From: a virus
IMG/VR virus record: IMGVR_UViG_3300032242_001916
Span: 1 to 64,000 of that record
Length of the DNA: 64,000 nucleotides
Reading direction: 5' to 3' (one strand)
This document shows, in pieces, positions 56,718 to 64,000 of this stretch; position 1 is the stretch's first letter; each line of letters opens with the position of its first letter. The position numbers and the translations under genes are program-made. A model generated the notes under the pieces. That model was not told the origin of the DNA and made no database searches. It worked only from the letters and a program-made list of their open reading frames with translations.

Positions 56718-57227
56718 GTGATTCCTAATGAACCAGGCGGTAGATTTGGTATTACCTACGAAAGAAAGGCCATTCTTTCCGGCATTACTGCCGATTTACG
56801 TCGTCCGACGGGCCAATATGTAAATTGGTGGCGTTGGGACTCTGTTCATACGTCTGTTGATAATGTTTACGATGTAGGTTCTATAACTAGCGGTAGAACT
56901 TGGAAAACTCCTATTGTAATTCCTTGCGTTAATGCAGTTATTTACCAGGGCGTTACACTTCAAGATGAACGCGGTTTTTACAACACTGACGTTTTAAGAA
57001 TGACCATAAATATGGAGGATGTTGAAAGACTTCTGCCTACAATGCCTGACTCTCCCGATAGTTTTCTACGGGATCGGATTGTTTACAGAAATGAAGTGTT
57101 TAGACCAACCCACTTCTACCCACGTGGTTTAATTACGGATAAATACACATTGTTTACGTTGGACGCTTCTCAGATTAACCCTGAAGAAATGGTCAATGAC
57201 AGGCAATTTACAGCATATTCAAACTAA
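56718..57227 (+). CDS. head closure/neck protein
   Basis: position; ERGFY..D; DRIVYR.EVF. Confidence 0.6.
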   Translation: MIPNEPGGRFGITYERKAILSGITADLRRPTGQYVNWWRWDSVHTSVDNVYDVGSITSGRTWKTPIVIPCVNAVIYQGVTLQDERGFYNTDVLRMTINMEDVERLLPTMPDSPDSFLRDRIVYRNEVFRPTHFYPRGLITDKYTLFTLDASQINPEEMVNDRQFTAYSN

Positions 57228-57237
57228 GAGAGCTATT

Positions 57238-57438
57238 ATGAACCCTAAATCTGCCCAAATTGACGGAGAAAAGCACGTAGCTTACAAGGCTAAAGATGGA
57301 GATATCCACGTCAATCATCCAGGTAAAAAATCTGGAAAATACAAGGATATAAACCTAACTAAAGAAACTCGTGGTAAAGTAAAGAATACCCAACAGGGTA
57401 TAAAAGCTGCCAAAAATTGGCATAAAAAGAACGGATAA
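57238..57438 (+). CDS. basic hypothetical protein
   Basis: K-rich ORF. Confidence 0.6.
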   Translation: MNPKSAQIDGEKHVAYKAKDGDIHVNHPGKKSGKYKDINLTKETRGKVKNTQQGIKAAKNWHKKNG

Positions 57439-57441
57439 AAT

Positions 57442-57657
57442 ATGTGTGCAACATGTGGCTGTGGACAGCCTAAAAATAAGCATGGAGAAAAAACAGTAGC
57501 AACAGCTAACAAAAAATTTGCTAAAAAAGAAGGTGAAAAAACAATGTGTAAAAAGTGCAAAAAAGCTAAGTGTGTGTGCAAGAACGCAAAATGCACTAAT
57601 TGCGGTAAAACTAACTGCTCTTGCAAGACTAAAAAAGCCCCTGCAAAAAAGAAATAG
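57442..57657 (+). CDS. metallothionein-like Cys/Lys-rich protein
   Basis: CATCGC...CKKC...CVC...CTNC...CSC. Confidence 0.65.
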   Translation: MCATCGCGQPKNKHGEKTVATANKKFAKKEGEKTMCKKCKKAKCVCKNAKCTNCGKTNCSCKTKKAPAKKK

Positions 57658-57908
57658 TTAATCAAGATATTTGTAGTCTTTAGCAGTATATTCATAGAGA
57701 CGCCGGATTTATCCGGAAACTGCTGAAGTACTGCCCTCAAGAAGAGGAAATTTGCGATGATATACACAGGTAAGCGCCTTGCAGAGATGCAATCAAACGC
57801 TGATCGTAGAGAGTTTGTAAAAGGATTAACAGACTCTGACAAAGTTCATTTAAGCGCCTTAGCAGCCGGGTTTATATCCACAAGGTTACTGCTAAAGGCG
57901 TTTAAAAA

Positions 57909-58241
57909 ATGAATGATTCATCCAGTTTTGTAGCAGTATCAAGTGTAGCCGGTAAACTTTCGGCTAGAAAATTAACAGCTAAACTTCGTAAAAGCGCATA
58001 TAAAAATGGTTGGCCTACCGGTATATCCCGCCAACTAAAAGTAACTTACACGGGTAATGGTAATTTTACTGTAGATTTTCCTGAAAGCGTTCTTGAAGAT
58101 ATCTTAGATCTTGAGTACGGCACTCAAAATACTCCCCCAAACCCGGTTATTCGTAATTCTATGAATAATCTCAATGATCATAGTCACATTGCGGAGCTTG
58201 ATATGGCTCTAGGTGCTTTTTTAAACGGGGTGATTAAGTAA
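57909..58241 (+). CDS. neck/tail completion protein (HK97 gp10-like)
   Basis: LEYGT...PP.PVIR. Confidence 0.7.
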   Translation: MNDSSSFVAVSSVAGKLSARKLTAKLRKSAYKNGWPTGISRQLKVTYTGNGNFTVDFPESVLEDILDLEYGTQNTPPNPVIRNSMNNLNDHSHIAELDMALGAFLNGVIK

Positions 58242-58837
58242 TGCCGTTTCTATTAAATGAAGATAAAGCTTTAAAAACCTTACTACAAGGCGTTACTGTA
58301 AGCGATGCCAAAAGCTCTGCACGCCCTGTTGGCGTATGGTTTGGTCAACCTGATGTTGAAATCCGCGACCAGTCTTACCCATACGTAACTATAGACTTAA
58401 TTGATATTTCTGAAGATCCTACTCGAGCTCATCGAAGTGTAGTAACCCTTCCTTATACCCCTGAAGGCTCAAATTCTTCTGTTAAATACCAAACAGAATT
58501 CCCTATACCTGTTAGTATTGACTATCAGGTAACTTCGTATGCAAGGCAACCTATTCATGATCGTCAGATCATTTCTAGCATGCTATATACGAAACTTCCG
58601 TTTAGATTCGGAACCTTAGAAATTCCAGAAGACAACACTTTACGAAGAGTTGAACTTCTTGGATATGCAAAAAGAGACAGAACCGAACAAGGTAAACGCC
58701 TATTCGTTAATATGTTTACTATACGCGTTAGTGCAGAAATTCTTACTTCTGCACTAGTTGCTTTAGATAAAAATGTTTCTGCTGTCAATATCGGAACAAC
58801 TACCTTCTACAATACTAATGTCACACCACCCAGCTAA
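58241..58837 (+). CDS. tail terminator (Pvc16-like)
   Basis: YPYVTIDL.DI.ED..R; P.SIDYQVT; immediately before the sheath. Confidence 0.7.
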   Translation: MPFLLNEDKALKTLLQGVTVSDAKSSARPVGVWFGQPDVEIRDQSYPYVTIDLIDISEDPTRAHRSVVTLPYTPEGSNSSVKYQTEFPIPVSIDYQVTSYARQPIHDRQIISSMLYTKLPFRFGTLEIPEDNTLRRVELLGYAKRDRTEQGKRLFVNMFTIRVSAEILTSALVALDKNVSAVNIGTTTFYNTNVTPPS

Positions 58838-58886
58838 TACACGGACCCACTAGATTATAAAAACCTAACTATTAAGGAGTTAAAAG

Positions 58887-61010
58887 ATGGCTGCATTCGG
58901 TCGTCCCGGCGTATATGTACAGGAAACTGCTGTACCTCAAAATATCGCCATTCAAGACAGATCAGACGCTATTGCGGGCTTTATTGGTGCTCTTCCTAAG
59001 GGCCCAACAGTTCCAACGTTTGTAAATTCATGGTCTAACTTTGTCAAGCTTTATGGCAATCTAGACTACTCATTCCCAACAAGTGTTGCGGTTTACCAAT
59101 TTTTTACAAATGGTGGCCGCGATGCATACATTGACCGAGCTGTAAATTCAACCTCTGCTGCGGCAAGTATTCCTTTAACAAGCTCTGACGCTGCAACAGC
59201 TTTGACAGTTACTGCAAAGAGCGTAGGTTCTTGGGGTAATCAAATTTCGGTTGAAGCAATTGCTTATGGAAACCCAGTTAATAACCGTTTTTCCATTGTA
59301 GTATATGGTCAGCCATACACTACCGGTGCCGGCTTACGCTCAAACGTTTTGGAGCAATTCAATGATCTTAGTGCAACAAGCACCGATAGTCGCTATGCTG
59401 TAACATTAATTAATAACACCTCAGCATATATTACTGTAGCTGCTTCGGGTACAGGTCTTCCGGCTCCTGACGCTATTGTGCATAGTTTAGCTGGCGGTAC
59501 TGACGTAGCTATTGCAACTACCGACATTGTTTCTGCATTAACTGGGTTTGATAATATCAACACACCTTTGTTGCTTAACGCCCCTGATCTTGCTTACGTA
59601 GGCTCTACTTCAGTGCAGGGTAACTTTACACGTTCAAACGTAATTTCTGCAGTTGGTAGCATCCTTAAATACGCAGAATACCGCGGTGATGCATTTGCTA
59701 TAGTTGATACTCCAAATCTAGCTTCGGCATTTGATGCAATTAACTTTGCTACAGACGCTTCTTACTCAGCAGCTACTGCTGGAGCATCCACAATTAGTTC
59801 AAATATTTCTTCGGTTACCCCAGGTACTCAAGGATCTACCACAGCTGCTGGATACGTAACTTACACAACTACCTCGGCACATAGCTTTGTCCCGACTCAA
59901 CCAGTAACTATTACAAATGTAACTCGTGAACCTGCTCTAAATGCTAGTGCTACACTAGCCGTATTACCATCTACTCCTTCTACAGGACAGGTAAAATACG
60001 TTACTGCTGCTTCACATGGCTTTAAAACTGGTGATTTAGTAACAATCAGTGGTATTACAGGAACTGTTGGAACTACGTACAACTTTAGCACTGCTAAAGC
60101 AGTTACAGTTATTGATTCAACTTCGTTCTATGTAACCAGCGCTGTAACCGGCAGCCTAGCGTCAAACGCAGATACTTCAGCTGCTAAAGCAGTTAGCACT
60201 GGTTACAGTGGTACTTACACCATCTATTCAACTCCTACAAACTCACAGTTTGTAATTGCTAATGCTGAAACTGGTACCGCTACACTAACAGGTGCCTCTG
60301 CATCAGTTCCTACAAGCACCGGCTCTACTCCATGGACTGGTGTTTCTGCAACAGGTGCTAATGCAGCCATGTATTACCCGTGGTTGGTTGTTCCTGATAC
60401 ACGAGGTACTCCTGGCAATACAATTACTATACCTACTGGTGGAGCTATTATAGGTAAATTCCAGGCAACAGATGCTTCTCGTGGAGTATTTAAGACTCCG
60501 GCAGGTTACCAGACCAGTATTGCTGGTGCTGTTAGCCTTGGTGCATCACTATCTAATAGTGATCTTGATGCTCTTAATTCTTCAACAGTGCCTGTAAATG
60601 CGCTTCGTACATATCCAGGAGCAGGAATTGTTGTAATGGGTGGACGCACAATGTCTACTTTGGCAGCAAACCGCTACATTAACACACGACGTTCGTTAAT
60701 TTACTTAAAGAAGGAACTAAGACTGCGTACTTCATATGCAATCTTTGAGAACAATGATGCCTACTTATGGAATTCAATTACTAATGCATTGAACTCATTC
60801 TTAGGAAATTATTGGGCACAAGGAGGACTTCGTGGAAATTCTCCATTTAAAGCCTTCTACGTAAAGTGCGATTCAACTACTACTACAGATACTGACGTAG
60901 TAAACGGTCGTGTAAACGTACAAGTAGGTGTGGCTCTGGAATACCCTGCAGAGTTCATCGTCATCAACATTGGTCAGTTCACCGGCGGCACGTCTGTGAC
61001 TCAGGGTTAA
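58887..61010 (+). CDS. contractile tail sheath protein
   Basis: RPGVYVQE; YYPWL; GVFKTPAG; RYINTRR; FYVKCD; PAEFIVI. Confidence 0.95.
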   Translation: MAAFGRPGVYVQETAVPQNIAIQDRSDAIAGFIGALPKGPTVPTFVNSWSNFVKLYGNLDYSFPTSVAVYQFFTNGGRDAYIDRAVNSTSAAASIPLTSSDAATALTVTAKSVGSWGNQISVEAIAYGNPVNNRFSIVVYGQPYTTGAGLRSNVLEQFNDLSATSTDSRYAVTLINNTSAYITVAASGTGLPAPDAIVHSLAGGTDVAIATTDIVSALTGFDNINTPLLLNAPDLAYVGSTSVQGNFTRSNVISAVGSILKYAEYRGDAFAIVDTPNLASAFDAINFATDASYSAATAGASTISSNISSVTPGTQGSTTAAGYVTYTTTSAHSFVPTQPVTITNVTREPALNASATLAVLPSTPSTGQVKYVTAASHGFKTGDLVTISGITGTVGTTYNFSTAKAVTVIDSTSFYVTSAVTGSLASNADTSAAKAVSTGYSGTYTIYSTPTNSQFVIANAETGTATLTGASASVPTSTGSTPWTGVSATGANAAMYYPWLVVPDTRGTPGNTITIPTGGAIIGKFQATDASRGVFKTPAGYQTSIAGAVSLGASLSNSDLDALNSSTVPVNALRTYPGAGIVVMGGRTMSTLAANRYINTRRSLIYLKKELRLRTSYAIFENNDAYLWNSITNALNSFLGNYWAQGGLRGNSPFKAFYVKCDSTTTTDTDVVNGRVNVQVGVALEYPAEFIVINIGQFTGGTSVTQG

Positions 61011-61028
61011 TTAAGGAGAATATAAAAA

Positions 61029-61652
61029 ATGGCTGATTCAGTACTTATTAACCCTAAGAGCCAACTGATTACGGATCCAATTCGTAATTTTAGGTTCTTG
61101 GTTCAATTCTCGCCGTATAACACTACAGGCGCAGGAAAAGTTACGCATTCCCCACAACTTGGATTCATGAACGTTTCCGGTTTTGGTATGACAACAGAGC
61201 CAATCCAGTACCGTGAAGGTGGTTATAACACCACTGTTCACCAGTTGCCAGGTCAAACAAGCTTTGAACCTATCAACTTTTCAAGAGGTCAAACTCTTGG
61301 TGGTAGCCAAAATCGTGACTGGATGAGACAATTATTTGCAATTACACAGGGAACTTCAAACCAACCCGTTGGTGACGATTTCCGGTGCACAATTGACGTT
61401 TCAGTTCTAAGCCATCCAAACCCTGGCACTACAAGTAGCCAAACTGGTGGATCCGTAGCTAATGCTCTAGATCTTCACACTTCAATGAGATTCCGCATTT
61501 ACAATGCGTGGATTGCTAACCTTTCATATGGAGACCTGTCCGCATCTGCGGCTACAGGCCTTATGATTGAAGGTATGACCATTGTTCATGAAGGTTTTGA
61601 CGTAATCTTTGCTAATGATTTCTCAGCAACTGCGGGTCAATTTAGCTACTAA
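61029..61652 (+). CDS. tail tube protein (T4 gp19-like)
   Basis: DPIRNFRF; YREGG....LPG; YNAW; IVHEG. Confidence 0.92.
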   Translation: MADSVLINPKSQLITDPIRNFRFLVQFSPYNTTGAGKVTHSPQLGFMNVSGFGMTTEPIQYREGGYNTTVHQLPGQTSFEPINFSRGQTLGGSQNRDWMRQLFAITQGTSNQPVGDDFRCTIDVSVLSHPNPGTTSSQTGGSVANALDLHTSMRFRIYNAWIANLSYGDLSASAATGLMIEGMTIVHEGFDVIFANDFSATAGQFSY

Positions 61653-61674
61653 AAACTAATATAAGGAAAATAAA

Positions 61675-62514
61675 ATGACAAACGAAACGATTAGTGCAGC
61701 AGAAAACCCTGCACTTGCCACACAGCTAGTACAAGCCGCCCTATCAATGTCTATGGCTGATGAGGGGGATCAGGTTGTTGAGCAAAAAGTTGCTGTTACA
61801 ACTGCCCCCTCTTCGCCAGGACATGTAGAGCTACTGGGAGGAATCTACAACTCTTTTACTGGAGAAGTAATCCGCACAGCAGAAATCCGTGAGCTAACGG
61901 GTGTTGATGAAGAGGCCTTGTCACGTATTAATGATTATGGTCGTACTCTTCTTGCCATATTAAGCCGTGGTACTGTCAAGATTGGTGAAGAAAAAGCAAC
62001 TCAGGAAGTTCTTGATAAGTTGCTCGCGGGAGATCGAGAATACTTAATTTTCCAGATTAGACTTGCTACTTTTGGCCCTGATCTTGAGCTTTCTGGTCCA
62101 TGCCCAAGCTGCCAAGTTGTTCAGACTTTCAATATAAATCTTTCTGAAGATGTAAAAATTGATAGTTTAGATGATCCTAGTGAGCGCAGTATTACTGTTG
62201 ATTGCAAAGTAGGCAAAGTAACTGTAGAGCTTCCTACAGGAGCAGTACAGCGCAAGTTAATCACTTCAACAGATAAAACAGCTGCAGAACTAGATAGCCT
62301 TTTGTTAAAAGATTGTGTGATCTTTATTAATGACAACCCAATTTTAGATCCAAGTTTAATTAAGAATTTAAGTATGGCCGATCGTCGTAAAATTCTTAAA
62401 GAATTAGGCGAAAAGAACCCAGGCCCAGACTTAAGCAGTATCAAGAAATCTTGTTCTGCTTGCGGGTCGGAGGTCCCGACACCGCTTACATTAGCGGATC
62501 TATTTCGGGTTTGA
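61675..62514 (+). CDS. tail assembly chaperone / baseplate hub assembly protein (T4 gp26-like)
   Basis: RELTG.DEE; LL.GDR; two CxxC. Confidence 0.75.
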   Translation: MTNETISAAENPALATQLVQAALSMSMADEGDQVVEQKVAVTTAPSSPGHVELLGGIYNSFTGEVIRTAEIRELTGVDEEALSRINDYGRTLLAILSRGTVKIGEEKATQEVLDKLLAGDREYLIFQIRLATFGPDLELSGPCPSCQVVQTFNINLSEDVKIDSLDDPSERSITVDCKVGKVTVELPTGAVQRKLITSTDKTAAELDSLLLKDCVIFINDNPILDPSLIKNLSMADRRKILKELGEKNPGPDLSSIKKSCSACGSEVPTPLTLADLFRV

Positions 62515-62677
62515 TAATAAAGAAATTTATAAATACTTATTGGATTCATATGAACTTATAAGTAGGGCCTTTGTAGGCTGGTCTCTTAAAGAGATTAGAG
62601 AGCTTAGCCACAGGGAACGTGAAAACTGGTTGCAAAGGGCAACCTTAAAACTAGGACTAGGAGACATAAATGGCTGA
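62501..62677 (+). CDS. overlapping +1-frame extension of the tail chaperone
   Basis: open frame ...YKYLLDSYELISRAFVGWSLKEIRELSHRERENWL..., no ATG or RBS. Confidence 0.6.
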   Translation, partial: YFGFDNKEIYKYLLDSYELISRAFVGWSLKEIRELSHRERENWLQRATLKLGLGDING

Positions 62678-64000
62678 TCCAACAGCAGGCCTTACTCCTC
62701 CTATGTCAGGATCTACAGGTTCGATTTCTCCCGTTAGTTCCGGAACTGCCGGTTCTAGCGGGAGTAAATCCCTGTATGTTAGAACCCTTGAACAGGGCTA
62801 CAACGTTATTGCAAAAACGTCTGCTATGTACGATCGTATTTTACGAACTACTAAAGAGATAAATAAAGAAAACGGTAAGCGCGGCGGAGTTGGTGGCGGC
62901 AGCACCAATATGTTTGCTAATTCAGGTGTTAATCAGCAAGCTGATGCAATGATGAATAAGCTCAACGAAATGATCCCAGCTTCTGGTATGAGTGCCGGAG
63001 GAAGAGCGGCTGTTGGGGCTGGTCAAACCGCTTTAGCCGCAGCTGGATTTATGTATTCTACACTTCCCAATGTACAAGATGCCGTATCTCAAAGAATTTC
63101 TGCACAAAGTGTTGCATCTTTGACAGGGCAAAGTGCACAAAGCGTAATAAATAGTAGTAATGCCCTTATAAAAGGTGGTATGACAGGTAACTACTCAGCG
63201 CAGTTGGCGGCACACTCTCTTGCAAGTGTAGGTGTTTATGGCACGGGTTACACTAATATTATGAGTCAAGTAGGCGGTCTTAGCGCTTTAACTGGTATGC
63301 AAAATGAGCAGGTAGCTGGAGCATACGGTGGCATTAACAGTATGAACTTTATGAGACTTGGAGTTCGTGCTCGTGATCGCCAGGGTAATATACGAGGCCC
63401 TAGTGATATCTCTAATGAACTTTACCAAAGATTAGTAGGTAAAAGAAAACTTACAATACAACAAGCAGGCAACACAATTCTTGCCCCACACTCTAGTGGT
63501 CAAATGGCAATTCAAGCAGCTGCGGGTGGAGATCAAGCATTAGCTGCAAGCTTGACAGAACAACTGTATTTTCAGGCACGCAATGGTGGAAAAAAGTTAC
63601 CACTAGGGGACCCTGAAAAAATTATGGGCAAAAAAGTTCTTAATCTTTCTGCAGACGACCCATTGCGTAAAATGTTTACTTACAATAAGCGTCAGTCTGA
63701 ATACTTACAGGCTGTGGGTGGGTCGGAAGTAGGCGGCTACGGTACTGCTTTAGATGCCAGCGGTAAGGTTGCTGAAGGAATGGCCGGACTAGCTAAAGTA
63801 ATGCCCGACGTTGTTGGTGGTATGGCTAGACTTGCAGGTCTTTTACAAACTCTTCCTGGAGCCGGTAATACAGGACTAGGATTAGCAAGTTTAGCTAGCG
63901 GAGTGGGCGGCTCTGGAACTAATATGCTTCAAATGGGTATGGAAGCCCGTGCAATAACCATGCTTGGGCGAGGAGGTGGCGGTACTCCTGGGGCAGTTGG
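62670..64000 (+). CDS. tape measure protein (truncated at window end)
   Basis: AGGAG RBS, ATG 62670, G/A-rich open frame after the chaperone. Confidence 0.75.
   Translation, partial: MADPTAGLTPPMSGSTGSISPVSSGTAGSSGSKSLYVRTLEQGYNVIAKTSAMYDRILRTTKEINKENGKRGGVGGGSTNMFANSGVNQQADAMMNKLNEMIPASGMSAGGRAAVGAGQTALAAAGFMYSTLPNVQDAVSQRISAQSVASLTGQSAQSVINSSNALIKGGMTGNYSAQLAAHSLASVGVYGTGYTNIMSQVGGLSALTGMQNEQVAGAYGGINSMNFMRLGVRARDRQGNIRGPSDISNELYQRLVGKRKLTIQQAGNTILAPHSSGQMAIQAAAGGDQALAASLTEQLYFQARNGGKKLPLGDPEKIMGKKVLNLSADDPLRKMFTYNKRQSEYLQAVGGSEVGGYGTALDASGKVAEGMAGLAKVMPDVVGGMARLAGLLQTLPGAGNTGLGLASLASGVGGSGTNMLQMGMEARAITMLGRGGGGTPGAV

Noticed and set aside
57315-57842. 175-aa minus-strand ORF and similar antisense ORFs (e.g. 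32472..32942, 62121..62549, 19384..19815)
   Set aside because: Shadow frames of better-supported genes on the opposite strand

Overview
A 64-kb segment of a large lytic myovirus (contractile tail), probably infecting Actinobacteria. Host clues are ClgR-like, DUF4192-like, MSMEG_6728-family and DUF732-like genes, and the morphogenesis module resembles Bxz1/BRock-type phages. There are three blocks. (1) 1-16.5 kb, rightward: RuvC-like resolvase, SpoVS, metallophosphoesterase, many Cys/His-rich orphans, a nucleotidyltransferase + HAD-like + TGT-fold trio, and a class II ribonucleotide reductase. (2) 16.6-30.6 kb, leftward, early/host-takeover-like: DenV-like glycosylase, orphan HicA, permuted DUF4192, VWA + MoxR ATPase, ClgR-like regulator, two tRNAs and an unusually dense set of structured non-coding elements. 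(3) 30.8-64 kb, rightward: orphans, cell-wall enzymes, tRNA-Asn, basic proteins, Dps, then terminase, portal, scaffold, capsid, fibres, neck, sheath, tube, chaperone and a truncated tape measure. The main novel signals are in the leftward block: a 35-nt tRNA minihelix with encoded CCA, an anticodon-less tRNA mimic, two or three homologous ~160-nt structured RNAs punctuated by a repeated covarying pseudoknot, and several more stem-closed RNAs. Genome-wide there is also a transcription-oriented 12-mer (CCAACACAAACA, at least 8 copies) and a recurrent HxxGxH...CxxC module in orphan proteins. Family assignments come from motif recognition by eye; no database search was run.
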